Shown piece by piece: positions 28,821-38,572 of a DNA stretch of 64,000 bases; the stretch's first letter is position 1; each line of letters begins with the position of its first letter. Source of the stretch: Candidatus Cloacimonadota bacterium (GTDB taxonomy: Bacteria; Cloacimonadota; Cloacimonadia; Cloacimonadales; TCS61); the NCBI GenBank assembly GCA_021734245.1, contig JAIPJH010000006.1:5194-69193 (forward strand). The letters are read 5' to 3'. The position numbers and the translations under genes are program-made. The notes beneath the pieces were generated by a model. It was not told the DNA's origin and did not search any database. It worked only from the letters and a program-made list of their open reading frames with translations.

Positions 28821-30146
28821 ATGGGCTTGAAAACTTTTCCAGGGGGTATTCACCCTCATGATTCCAAGCAATTTTCCAAACATGCTTCAATTGAAAAAAT
28901 GCCAATTCCAAATAAAGTGGTAATTCCTCTTTCTCAGCATATTGGAGCTCCGGCCAAACCGATCGTAAAAGTTGGCGATGAAGTTCTGGCAGGACAGATT
29001 ATTGCCGAAGCTGGTGGATTTGTTTCCATTCCGATGCATGCTTCTATTTCAGGTAAAATTACCAAAATCGGAAGATTCAATCATCCGACCGGAATTTTAG
29101 CAGACGGAATCGAGATAACCAGCGACGGTGAAGACAAATGGGTCGATTTTATCGAAGAGGAAGAATTCATGGCGGTAGCTGTGAAGGAGATGAAAGATCG
29201 CATTGCCAAAGCAGGAATCTGCGGAATGGGTGGAGCTGGTTTTCCCACTCATGTAAAACTTTCACCACCAGAAGATAAACCGATCGATACTGTGATTTTA
29301 AATGGTGTGGAATGTGAACCTTATCTTACTGCAGATTATCGCATTATGATGGAACAACCCAATGATATCATTGCCGGCCTTAAGATCGTGATGAAAATCC
29401 TGAATGCTAAACGCGGAATTATCGGCATCGAAGAAAACAAACCGGATACAATAAAACTTTTTAAAGAACTTCTAAAAAATGAATCTAAATTAAGCGTTGA
29501 AGGTTTGAAATTAAAATATCCTCAGGGTGCAGAAAAACAATTGATCTACGCTGCTACAAAAAGAGCCGTTCCCAATAAAGGCGGACTTCCCATGGATGTG
29601 AATGTGGTAGTTCAGAATGTGGGAACTGCAATCGCAATTTATGAAGCTGTAAAATATAAAAAACCTCTTGTGGAACGTGTTATCACAGTCAGTGGAAAAA
29701 TCGTGAGAAAACCTAAGAATTTACGGGCAAGAATCGGAACTTTTTATGGAGATCTGCTGGAATTTTGCGGAGGAACAACATCCGATATCGGTAAAGTGAT
29801 CTCTGGTGGGCCGATGATGGGATTTGCAATTCCAAGCTTGGAAACTCCCATGACAAAAGGCAGTTCAGGACTTCTCTTATTTGATAAAAAAGAAGCCAAC
29901 AAAGAAAAAGAAGATGTTTGTTTGCGTTGTGCTCGTTGTGTAGACATCTGCCCCATGAACCTGGTTCCCAGCCTGATAGCAAATAACGTTCGCTATGACG
30001 ATATTGATATGGCAGAAAAATATGGTGTGATGGATTGTATGAAGTGCGGCAGTTGTGCTTATGTATGTCCTTCCCATATTAAACTGATCCAATGGATCGA
30101 TATTGGCAAACTGAAGATCAGCGAAAAACGAGCAAAAAATAAATGA
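28821..30146 (+). CDS. rnfC: Rnf electron transport complex subunit C
   Basis: MGLKTFPGGIHPHD, GMGGAGFPTHVK, and two 4Fe-4S motifs (CLRCARCVDICP, CMKCGSCAYVCP). Confidence 0.9.
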   Translation: MGLKTFPGGIHPHDSKQFSKHASIEKMPIPNKVVIPLSQHIGAPAKPIVKVGDEVLAGQIIAEAGGFVSIPMHASISGKITKIGRFNHPTGILADGIEITSDGEDKWVDFIEEEEFMAVAVKEMKDRIAKAGICGMGGAGFPTHVKLSPPEDKPIDTVILNGVECEPYLTADYRIMMEQPNDIIAGLKIVMKILNAKRGIIGIEENKPDTIKLFKELLKNESKLSVEGLKLKYPQGAEKQLIYAATKRAVPNKGGLPMDVNVVVQNVGTAIAIYEAVKYKKPLVERVITVSGKIVRKPKNLRARIGTFYGDLLEFCGGTTSDIGKVISGGPMMGFAIPSLETPMTKGSSGLLLFDKKEANKEKEDVCLRCARCVDICPMNLVPSLIANNVRYDDIDMAEKYGVMDCMKCGSCAYVCPSHIKLIQWIDIGKLKISEKRAKNK

Positions 30147-30162
30147 AAAATGCATATTTATC

Positions 30163-30277
30163 AACCCCCTGTTTCCCACTTCTCAGCGGGAGAATGAGGA
30201 ATTCGGATTCTTTTTCGTTTTCTGATTTCTGCCTTGTTAAAGGGAGATGTCTCGAGAGTTTTCGAGACAGAGGGGTT
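30163..30277. repeat. 115-bp structured repeat element inserted between rnfC and rnfD
   Basis: Terminal inverted ends aaccccctg / cagaggggtt. The left arm resembles module C (..gagaatgaggaattc). The right arm is a module B variant (tttctgccttgttaaagggaga + tgtctcgagagttttcgagaca + gaggggtt). Confidence 0.8.
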
Positions 30278-30320
30278 CGAAAGCAAAAAATAAATTAAAA
30301 ATAATAAATTTGGAGGATTT

Positions 30321-31388
30321 ATGAGCGAAGTTTATGCTGTTTCGGCAGCTCCTCATATAAAGCAAAAGATTTCTGTTTCCTCTGTGATGTGGCAGGTTGT
30401 TATCGCTTTAATTCCAGCTCTTCTGGCAGGAATTTTCTTCTTTGGAATTCAATCGCTTTTGCTTACACTTTATGCGGTGGTTGCTGCTGTTGTTACAGAA
30501 GCACTAATTCAGAGATTACGCAATGTTCCGATCTCGGTAAGTGACGGCAGTGCAGTTGTAACCGGTATTCTGGTTGCTTTCAACATCAACGTTGCTTCAC
30601 CCTGGTGGCTGCCTGTTGCAGGATCGGTTTTTGCTATTGCAGTTGGAAAGCAGATATTTGGTGGACTTGGATTTAACATTTTCAATCCGGCACTTCTGGG
30701 AAGAGCATTTTTAGTAGCTTCCTGGCCGACTTTAACTACAGCCGGATGGACTAAAACCATGCCGCTTAATGGAATTTTTGAAAGTTCGATCAATGGTTTG
30801 AAAGCACTACCATCCAATATTCCTGATGTGATTACTTCTGCCACTCCTCTTGGTGTTGCAAAAGCTCTCAGAGACACAACACAAATAAGTCGAGACATGG
30901 CAGAAACTGTTATGAATAATTTGGCAAGTACTGATACTATTCAAAATATTTTCTGGGGAAACATCGGTGGTTGTATTGGAGAAATCTCGGCTGCAGCACT
31001 TCTTATCGGTGCGGCTTATCTGGCTTATAAACACATTATTGAATGGAGAATTCCAATCAGTTATATTGGAACTGTTTTTGTTTTAATTTACATTTTTGGC
31101 GGAATAAACGGATTATTCTCAGCCTCAATCATGTTGCCGATCTTCCACATTTTCTCCGGTGGATTGATTCTGGGAGCATTTTTTATGGCTACCGATATGG
31201 TTACTTCGCCAGTTACGAAAAGAGGACGCATAATCTTCGGTATCGGCTGCGGAGTTCTAACTGTTGTCATTCGTATGGTCGGTGGATATCCGGAAGGTGT
31301 ATCCTATTCTATTCTGCTGATGAACATTGCTGTTCCACTCATCGACAGATACACTGGACCCAAGATCTTTGGGGAGGTGAAGAAATGA
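30321..31388 (+). CDS. rnfD: Rnf complex subunit D
   Basis: Polytopic membrane protein with GGLGFNIFNPALLGRAF and the FMATDMVTSP (FMN attachment region) motifs. Confidence 0.9.
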   Translation: MSEVYAVSAAPHIKQKISVSSVMWQVVIALIPALLAGIFFFGIQSLLLTLYAVVAAVVTEALIQRLRNVPISVSDGSAVVTGILVAFNINVASPWWLPVAGSVFAIAVGKQIFGGLGFNIFNPALLGRAFLVASWPTLTTAGWTKTMPLNGIFESSINGLKALPSNIPDVITSATPLGVAKALRDTTQISRDMAETVMNNLASTDTIQNIFWGNIGGCIGEISAAALLIGAAYLAYKHIIEWRIPISYIGTVFVLIYIFGGINGLFSASIMLPIFHIFSGGLILGAFFMATDMVTSPVTKRGRIIFGIGCGVLTVVIRMVGGYPEGVSYSILLMNIAVPLIDRYTGPKIFGEVKK

Positions 31389-31960
31389 AATATTATATTA
31401 AATTAGGATTTGTTTTATTAATAATTACTGCCATTGCCAGCGGAATTCTGGCTTACATCAATAGTTTTACTGAACCAATTATTGCCGAAAATCAGCGCAA
31501 AGCAAAAGAAGAAGCCCGAAAAGAAGTATTACCTGATGCTGCTTCTTTTGAAGTTATCGGTTCTTTCAACAACGAAGATGTATTTGCCGGAAAAGATGAT
31601 TCAGGAAATACTATCGGTTTTACATTTCTGGCGTCTCTTTACGGCTACAGCAGCGATGTTAAATCGATGATTGGCGTTAAAACCGATTTGATCGTGAATA
31701 AAATAAAAATAATTTCCCAAACTGAAACACCCGGTTTGGGTGCAAATTGTGAAAAACCTGAATTTCAAGCTCAATTTTCCGATAAAGGTTTAGATCAGAT
31801 GAAAGTCGACAAAGATGGTGGCCCGATTGCCAGTATAACTGGAGCTACCATTACTACAAGAACTGTTGCGAATTCAATTAAAGACGGTCTTATAATGCTG
31901 GAAAAACTGGTGGCAGAAAAAATGCCTTCCGAAACTGAAACTAAGGAGGTAACAGAATGA
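31385..31960 (+). CDS. rnfG: Rnf complex subunit G
   Basis: The ATG at 31385 overlaps the rnfD TGA. N-terminal TM MKYYIKLGFVLLIITAIASG. FMN-binding motif ITGATITTRTV. Confidence 0.88.
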   Translation: MKYYIKLGFVLLIITAIASGILAYINSFTEPIIAENQRKAKEEARKEVLPDAASFEVIGSFNNEDVFAGKDDSGNTIGFTFLASLYGYSSDVKSMIGVKTDLIVNKIKIISQTETPGLGANCEKPEFQAQFSDKGLDQMKVDKDGGPIASITGATITTRTVANSIKDGLIMLEKLVAEKMPSETETKEVTE

Positions 31961-32538
31961 TCAAAGAATTTACCAAAGGATTTATAAAAGAAAATCCCGT
32001 CTTCGTGATGGCTCTTGGTTTGTGTCCAACGTTGGCTGTTTCTTCTTCTGTGATGAACGCAATTGGCATGGGATTGGCTGCCACATTTGTGCTGGTTTGT
32101 TCAAATATTATCATCTCGCTCATCAAGAATTTCATTCCAAATAAGATCCGCATTCCGGCTTACATCGTGGTTATAGCTTCTTTCGTTACGATCGTGGATA
32201 TGGTGATGGAAGCTTATGTTCCTGCGCTGCACAAAAGTCTGGGATTGTTCATTCCGCTCATTGTGGTTAACTGCATTATTTTGGGAAGAGCGGAAGCTTT
32301 TGCCGGCAAAAACGGCGTTTTCAAATCGTTTTTGGATGGTTTGGGAATGGGACTCGGTTTCGCGCTTGCTCTTATTGTAATTGCCACGATCAGAGAGATT
32401 CTGGGTGCAGGACAATTTTTGGGAATGAATGTTCTTCCTGCCACTTATAAACCAATGCTGGTAGCAATTTTAGCTCCCGGTGCATTTATCGTTATGGGCC
32501 TTTTGATGGGTGCCATGAATTTGAAGAAAAAGAAATAA
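31957..32538 (+). CDS. rnfE: Rnf complex subunit E
   Basis: ATGA overlap with rnfG. GLCPTLAVS and IVVNCIILGRAEAFA motifs. Confidence 0.9.
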   Translation: MIKEFTKGFIKENPVFVMALGLCPTLAVSSSVMNAIGMGLAATFVLVCSNIIISLIKNFIPNKIRIPAYIVVIASFVTIVDMVMEAYVPALHKSLGLFIPLIVVNCIILGRAEAFAGKNGVFKSFLDGLGMGLGFALALIVIATIREILGAGQFLGMNVLPATYKPMLVAILAPGAFIVMGLLMGAMNLKKKK

Positions 32539-32548
32539 GGAGACATAA

Positions 32549-33136
32549 ATGGAATTCGTAGGAAATATTTTCGCGATGGCAATCGCCGCCATCTTTGTTC
32601 AAAACTTTGTACTCATGCGTTTTCTGGGACTTTGTCCCTATATTGGTGTTTCCAAAAAAGTAGATTCCGCTTTTGGTATGGGAATGGCAGTTATTTTCGT
32701 GATGACAATGGCTTCCACATTTACCTGGCTCATTCAAAACTATCTGCTGGTTCCACTCAATCTGGAATTCCTGCAGACAATCGCTTTTATTTTAACGATT
32801 GCTTCTCTGGTGCAGCTGGTAGAAATGATCATCCAGAAAACAGCACCGGCACTTTATAAAGCGTTGGGAGTTTTCCTGCCGCTTATCACAACAAACTGTG
32901 CAGTTTTGGGAGTTGCGATCCTTAACATTAATGAAAATTACAATTTTATCGAAGCAATTTTAAATGGACTTTTTGCAGGTTTGGGATTTACTCTCGTTTT
33001 AGTTCTAATGGCTGGAATCAGGGAAAAACTGGAAAAAGCAGAACTTCCACAAGCGATGAAGGGAATGCCGATTGCAATGATCGTAGCCGGTTGTATGGCT
33101 CTGGCTTTCCTGGGATTTTCGGGATTGAAACTGTAA
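32549..33136 (+). CDS. rnfA: Rnf complex subunit A
   Basis: [15 protein letters not shown] and [12 protein letters not shown] motifs, 195 aa. Confidence 0.9.
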   Translation: MEFVGNIFAMAIAAIFVQNFVLMRFLGLCPYIGVSKKVDSAFGMGMAVIFVMTMASTFTWLIQNYLLVPLNLEFLQTIAFILTIASLVQLVEMIIQKTAPALYKALGVFLPLITTNCAVLGVAILNINENYNFIEAILNGLFAGLGFTLVLVLMAGIREKLEKAELPQAMKGMPIAMIVAGCMALAFLGFSGLKL

Positions 33137-33146
33137 GGGGAAAAAC

Positions 33147-34049
33147 ATGATAATAATTTATGCAATAATAGTTTTAGGAGTGCTGGGACTGATCTACGGA
33201 TTGGGTCTGGCTTTCGCGTCCAAGAAATTTCACGTTCAAGTTGATCCCAAAATAGATAAGATCAATGAAGTACTGCCGGGAGTGAATTGCGGAGCTTGTG
33301 GTCTTGCCGGTTGCGGTGGTTATGCAGAAGCAATTGTGAATGGCGGAGAACCAATAAATAAATGTGCGCCCGGTGGTGATGAAGTTGTTGCCAAAATTGC
33401 TGAGATTATGGGAATCGAAGCTTCTGCTGCCGATAAAAAAGTAGCTCTGATCCACTGCCAGAGTGGTGGATACAACAACACTTTCTTCCGTTATGATTAC
33501 CAGGGAATAAAAACCTGTAAAGCAGCCGTTCTGGTTGCCAAAGGGCCAAATCTGTGTAACTACGGCTGTGTTTTTCAAAATGATTGTATTGCCGCTTGTA
33601 TGTTCGATGCCATTCATCTGGATGAAAACGGAATGCGCATCATCGATAAAGAAAAATGCACCGGCTGTGGAGCTTGTGTAACTGCCTGTCCTCGCGATCT
33701 TATCGAACTGGTTCCTATCAAAAAACGCGTTCATGTTTTATGTTCATCGCATGATAAAGGTGCCGAAGCCAGGAAACGCTGCGGCAACAAAACAGCTTGT
33801 ATCGGCTGCAGTCTCTGCGCAAAGAAATGCCCTAAAGATGCAATTACAATGCAGGATGATCTCGCTGTCATCGATTATGAAAAATGCATTAATTGCGGAA
33901 TGTGTGCCGATGTCTGCCCGACTGGTGCAATTTTCGATCCTTTAAAAGAAGTTCGTGCCAAAAAGAAAGCAGAAGCAAAAGCCAAAGCAGAAGCTGCAAA
34001 GAAAAAATTGGCAGACAAGAAAACCGCAGATAAAAAAGAAGATAAATAA
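33147..34049 (+). CDS. rnfB: Rnf complex subunit B (polyferredoxin) with a Lys/Ala-rich C-terminal tail
   Basis: N-terminal TM segment, [15 protein letters not shown], several CxxCxxCxxxCP clusters, and the tail [21 protein letters not shown]. Confidence 0.88.
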   Translation: MIIIYAIIVLGVLGLIYGLGLAFASKKFHVQVDPKIDKINEVLPGVNCGACGLAGCGGYAEAIVNGGEPINKCAPGGDEVVAKIAEIMGIEASAADKKVALIHCQSGGYNNTFFRYDYQGIKTCKAAVLVAKGPNLCNYGCVFQNDCIAACMFDAIHLDENGMRIIDKEKCTGCGACVTACPRDLIELVPIKKRVHVLCSSHDKGAEARKRCGNKTACIGCSLCAKKCPKDAITMQDDLAVIDYEKCINCGMCADVCPTGAIFDPLKEVRAKKKAEAKAKAEAAKKKLADKKTADKKEDK

Positions 34050-34058
34050 GAGGTTTTT

Positions 34059-34706
34059 ATGAAAAGCTTTTTCGAAATCCTGAAGATCAAGCGACTACGC
34101 TTGAAAGGTCAAAAACTCTTGACCAAAGGAGATTTCGAGAAAGCTTTTCCTGTTTTTCAGAAAGCTGTCTTGCTGGATAATTCCTACGAAAATATTTACA
34201 ATCTTGCTCTTTGCCAAACAGCTTTGGGAAAATACGAAGATGCAGAAGCTTATCTGGACAAGATAAATCAGGAGATTCCCGGCAATGAAATGATCCTGCT
34301 AACTTTGGCTGAAACAAAATTGATGCAGAAAAAATGGCAGGAATCGATCGATCATTTCCAGAAATTAACCGAAATAAATCCGCGTTCTGAATCTTATAAA
34401 AAGTATCTTGCACTTTCCAAGGATGAAGTGGAAAGAGAAAAATATGTAAGCAGTAAAATGCTGCTTTTCAAAGCAACTGAAGCACTCCAGCAAAAAAAAG
34501 ATGAGGAAGCGCTAAAACTGCTGATAGAAGCGGATGAGACATATCCAGAAAATGCTAATATTCTGAATAATATCGGCAGCATTTACATGTTGATGAAAGA
34601 CTATAAAAATGCTTACAAATATTTCTCGGAAGCTCTCAAGTACGATCGGAATAACCAAAGAATAAAAGAAAATATTCTGGCAGCTCGCAGAAAAATAAAG
34701 AAATAG
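34059..34706 (+). CDS. TPR repeat protein
   Basis: Repeated 34-residue A/Y/L patterns (YNLALCQTALGKYEDAEAYL, NNIGSIYMLMKDYKNAYKYFSEAL). Confidence 0.65.
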   Translation: MKSFFEILKIKRLRLKGQKLLTKGDFEKAFPVFQKAVLLDNSYENIYNLALCQTALGKYEDAEAYLDKINQEIPGNEMILLTLAETKLMQKKWQESIDHFQKLTEINPRSESYKKYLALSKDEVEREKYVSSKMLLFKATEALQQKKDEEALKLLIEADETYPENANILNNIGSIYMLMKDYKNAYKYFSEALKYDRNNQRIKENILAARRKIKK

Positions 34707-34808
34707 CTTCATTTGATAAAACTTGATGATGAAAAATTCTATCATTGACAAAAGAATGAAATTTGCAGATTCTTGCCAAAGTAAATAAAAACAGGTATGT
34801 AAGGAAAT

Positions 34809-35705
34809 ATGAAGAGAGTTTTGCTGCTGTTAATTCTGATACTGATCACTGGTTCTTCTTTTGCCAATATTTTCATCGATATGTATCATAAAGATTATGG
34901 CGTTATCAACCGCAGCGTGCTTGTCTTCAGCTCAAAACCTGAATATAAGATCATTGAAAATGAAAACGATATTCAGCTGAATATTGTGAATTGCACCAAA
35001 GATATAAATATTCAGAATCAACAATTTCTTCAAAGTGCCGTTATCGAATCTTTCGATTATTATTCCACCGAAGATAAAGTAATGGTGATCATATCCATAA
35101 ATTCACAAAATCAATTGGAAAAACAAACAAAATACAGTCTGGAAAAATATGAAATTGAAGATGAAGTTTACAAATTGATCCTGGATGTTTATGCTACCAA
35201 AACTCCCAAGACTTACCAGGAATACAACAGTTTCGCCTATTTCTTTGAAGCTACGGGAAAACCTGATACTGCAAGACCTTATCGGGAAATGGCAAACAAA
35301 TTGAAAGAAGAGCTTCCTCCTGAAACTGTTATTCAACAGGATCAGCAGATAACTCAGCAGCAACAGCAACAACAATCTTCCAAGAATCGTCTGGTTCGTT
35401 CTATCCAGAATTTCCTGACTCCGGGAACGATAATCCTAATTATTATTGCAATCATTTTAATAGCTGCGATTACTTTCACATTAGCTTTTGTTCTGAAAAA
35501 GAAAACCGCTGGAGTTGTTAGTAATAAAAGTCTGCGTCTTACATCTGGTTTCGGCAGTGAAGAATTTCGGCGAAATCTGATCCAGCTTCTGGAAAAGAAT
35601 TTCTGGGGTGCAGAAGAAATTGCATTGGAACTGGAAATGAGTACGAACGATGTTTATCGTTCTACTGCTCCCGAATTTGCCGAAGAACTGGAAAAAGAAG
35701 AATAA
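34809..35705 (+). CDS. Hypothetical single-pass membrane protein with a Q-rich linker
   Basis: Signal peptide, the tract QQDQQITQQQQQQQ, a TM segment IILIIIAIILIAAITFTLAFVL, and an acidic C-terminus. Confidence 0.5.
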   Translation: MKRVLLLLILILITGSSFANIFIDMYHKDYGVINRSVLVFSSKPEYKIIENENDIQLNIVNCTKDINIQNQQFLQSAVIESFDYYSTEDKVMVIISINSQNQLEKQTKYSLEKYEIEDEVYKLILDVYATKTPKTYQEYNSFAYFFEATGKPDTARPYREMANKLKEELPPETVIQQDQQITQQQQQQQSSKNRLVRSIQNFLTPGTIILIIIAIILIAAITFTLAFVLKKKTAGVVSNKSLRLTSGFGSEEFRRNLIQLLEKNFWGAEEIALELEMSTNDVYRSTAPEFAEELEKEE

Positions 35706-35720
35706 AATAATATAATTAAC

Positions 35721-36061
35721 TGTCATTCTGAGTTAACTTTTAGCTTTACCTGCGACTGAGTCCGGCGAAGCTTTGCCAAGCCGGAACGATCTCGTGAGAT
35801 TTCTCTCAACTTTATTTAAAGAGGAAGTTGGACTTCACGTCTCGTGGAGTCTGTATGTTTCTGAACTTCGTCTGGAAGTTTATATTTAATTGATCGAGGA
35901 CGATCAAAATGAAACTTATAGTTCAATCGAGACGAATGAACTAACCTTTCGTGAAAACAATTGAGATTCTTCCCACCTGTGTCGGCGAAGCTTGGCAGAC
36001 CTGGTGGAATTGGAAAAAACTAGCAGCAAAGCTGCATTCCACAGGGCTGGCAGAATGACGA
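35721..36061. mobile_element. MITE-like non-autonomous element, copy 1 (about 340 bp)
   Basis: Terminal inverted repeats tgtcattctg (35721) and cagaatgacg (36051-36060). The right arm of about 60 nt is near-identical to 42510-42571. No ORF. Confidence 0.6.
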
Positions 36062-36179
36062 AATTTTTTATATTTAATCAGCGTTTATTTGCATTCATCT
36101 GCGGTTAATTTAATAAAAGAAATTGACTCATTTCTTTCTATACAAATATTCGATTGAGATAAATTAATGAGGAGGGCAC

Positions 36180-37262
36180 ATGAAAAACTTTCGATTAGTT
36201 TTTGTTTTATTTTTTATTTTCAGTCTAAACCTGATCTGGAGTCAAAGCATCGCACGCTGGTATACTTCGATGGGAGATTTTGAAGTAACATTGCGCGAAG
36301 ATCTGATGCCGATTACAACAAATAACTTTCTGGACCTAACCAATTCAAACTTCTATGATAACCTGATTTTTCACCGTGTTATTGCAGATTTCATGATCCA
36401 GGACGGCTGACCACTGGGAACAGGCTACGGAGGTCCGGGCTATACAATTCCAGATGAATGGAATCCACTGGTAAATTATAATGAACCTTATGTAATCGGA
36501 ATGGCAAACACTGGCGCACCAAATTCTGCTGGATCACAATATTTCATAACAGTAGAGCCGACAACCTGGTTGAATGGCGATTATGCTGCTTTTGGTCACG
36601 TGACAATGGGAAGCGATATCGTGGAAGACATCAGTGAAGTTCCTACAGATGCAAACGATAAACCGTTAGTTGACGTTGAGATCGACAGTGTGCGAATTAT
36701 GACAGCACAATTTTACGGGTTCAGTCCCGAAGAAGATTCGCTTTATGTGAATGCCGGCGATCCGCTGGTTTTCGGAATGCTTACAAATGAACCGGATGTA
36801 ACTTTCAGTTGGTACGTGGACGATGAACTTCAAACCGAAACAGGTTTTCTTTTCAATGTTTCGCTTACTGTAAATGGTTGGCATGAAATCGTGGGAATCG
36901 GTACAAAAAATGGCTATGATTATGCAAAAACCTGGTGGGTTGAAATAACAGGAGGTTCTCATCTTGATGATATTCTAACGGCAAACAAAAATGTTCTTCT
37001 GCCAAATTCACCTAATCCATTCAATCCGGAAACGAATATTTCCTTCTATTTGAATGCTGCTGAAAAAGCCGTTTTGAAAATTTACAACGCAAGAGGAGAA
37101 TTGGTGAAAATTCTGGTTAATTCTCAGCTTACAGCCGGTTTCCATTCCTATATTTGGAATGGAACAGACTCTTCCAACCAAAATGTTGCCAGCGGAATTT
37201 ATTATTATCAACTTCGAGCAGGAAATCAAACACAAACCCGCAAAGCACTTTTATTGAAATAA
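36180..37262 (+). pseudogene. Secreted cyclophilin-type peptidyl-prolyl isomerase with a T9SS-type C-terminal domain, interrupted by an in-frame TGA at 36408-36410
   Basis: ORFs 36180-36410 and 36501-37262 share one frame. The continuous reading [30 protein letters not shown]...MANTGAPNSAGSQYFIT gives the cyclophilin core. C-terminus NSPNPFNPETNISF...GIYYYQLRA. Confidence 0.65.
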
Positions 37263-37273
37263 AAAATTACTAA

Positions 37274-37314
37274 ACTCCCGATTCATCTTTTTGTGGATCG
37301 GGAGTATTATTTTG
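37274..37314 (+). terminator. Intrinsic terminator
   Basis: The stem actcccgat (37274-37282) pairs with atcgggagt (37297-37305), followed by attatttt. Confidence 0.6.
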
Positions 37315-37321
37315 GATTTAT

Positions 37322-38572
37322 ATGAAAATAGCAATTATAGGTTTTGGCGCAGCCGCAATTGGTTACATCGAAAGAATTAAAAATTCGCCACATGAGATCC
37401 ATGTTTTTGAAAAAAGCAAAGACATCTACTCTTCCAGTATTTCCGGTATTCGAGCTGATGGGAAATTATTTGTTTCCCGCGAAATGGGTGGCAGCATCGA
37501 AGTGGATGAAGCTTTGCAGAATAAGCTAGTACAATTTTATCTGGATAAGACTGATAATAATCAATTTGAGCGGGGAAGTTCATTCTCTTCCAAAACGTTT
37601 TACAAACAATTTTACGAGAAGGGGTTTCAACCCATTCATTCCGAATTTTATCATTTGGGAACAGATCAACTCAAACAGGTTTTATACAAAATTTACGAAG
37701 ATTTCAAGCTTCATAAAAATATTTTTTTTCATTTCAGCGAAAATATAACCGATATCGAACCGATAGCTGGAAAAATCATTATTAATGCAAAAGATACTTT
37801 CGATAGAGTGATAGTTGCAGTCGGCAGAAGCGGTCATAAATTGGTTAAGAGGATCATTTCCAAATTTCCAAAACTGATCACCGATAATACCAGGGTCGAT
37901 CTTGGTGTGCGTTTCGAGCTTCCCGATCATATCGTGGAAGAGTTGAATAAAGAAATGTATGAATTCAAGGTGAAATACCGTAGCAAAACCGGTTATATGG
38001 TGCGCACTTTCTGCAACAATCCCAGCGGTTATGTTGTCACCGAAACTTATGAAGATTTCGTTACTGTGAACGGTCATTCCAAACTGCATGAAAAAAGCAA
38101 GAATACAAATTTCGCAATCCTGACGACCGTTCAACTAACAGAGCCTTTTAACGATCCCGTCGGATACGGATCGCATATTGCTCAATTGTCGAACATTCTG
38201 GCAGGCCAGAATAAAGTGATCTTGCAGACTTACGAAAATTTTGTGAATTCCAAGCGTACAAAACACCTTTATCGGGTTCTTCCCACTTTAGATAGTAATA
38301 GTTTTATTCTGGGAGATATCAACCTGGCTTTTCCGCGCCGTATTGCGGAAAGTATAATTGATTTTATCGATAATCTGGATAAAGTCGTTCCCGGAATTGC
38401 CAATGGTGACAATCTGCTTTACGCTCCAGAAATCAAATTTTATTCAAACTTGCTGGATAATAATCATTTTAATAATTTGAAATTCATTGGAGATTGTTCC
38501 GGTGGCACCAGATCGATAATTTACGCCACAGCTCATGGCTGGCAGATGGCAGAAACAACGCTGGATGATTGA
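37322..38572 (+). CDS. FAD-dependent oxidoreductase (uncharacterised dehydrogenase family)
   Basis: N-terminal dinucleotide fold MKIAIIGFGAAAIGY..HVFEK and the C-terminal motif GDCSGGTRSIIYA. Confidence 0.55.
   Translation: MKIAIIGFGAAAIGYIERIKNSPHEIHVFEKSKDIYSSSISGIRADGKLFVSREMGGSIEVDEALQNKLVQFYLDKTDNNQFERGSSFSSKTFYKQFYEKGFQPIHSEFYHLGTDQLKQVLYKIYEDFKLHKNIFFHFSENITDIEPIAGKIIINAKDTFDRVIVAVGRSGHKLVKRIISKFPKLITDNTRVDLGVRFELPDHIVEELNKEMYEFKVKYRSKTGYMVRTFCNNPSGYVVTETYEDFVTVNGHSKLHEKSKNTNFAILTTVQLTEPFNDPVGYGSHIAQLSNILAGQNKVILQTYENFVNSKRTKHLYRVLPTLDSNSFILGDINLAFPRRIAESIIDFIDNLDKVVPGIANGDNLLYAPEIKFYSNLLDNNHFNNLKFIGDCSGGTRSIIYATAHGWQMAETTLDD

Noticed and set aside
30270-30280. A tRNA-like T-arm motif (ggttcga), together with a general search for tRNA genes in all spacers.
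   Set aside because: The motif is the end of the repeat element (gaggggttcga). No spacer contains a cloverleaf-compatible segment of 70-90 nt, so no tRNA is called.
31043-31384. The long N-terminal extension of ORF 31043-31960, which overlaps rnfD in another frame.
   Set aside because: The extension has no homology signal and lies entirely within rnfD. The conserved RnfG sequence starts at the ATG at 31385 (MKYYIKLGFV...), which overlaps the rnfD stop.
36408-36410. Genome-wide reassignment of TGA (genetic code 4 or 25) as an explanation for the interrupted cyclophilin.
   Set aside because: mnmA (2089-2091), nfo, rnfD, the FAD oxidoreductase and the kinase gene all terminate at TGA at the lengths expected from homologues. 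TGA is therefore a normal stop codon here.
36447-36464. The hairpin attcca-gatgaa-tggaat, about 37 nt downstream of the in-frame TGA, as a SECIS element.
   Set aside because: The stem is short, AU-rich and only 6 bp. It lacks the features I could verify by eye for a bacterial SECIS, so it is kept only as something to test.
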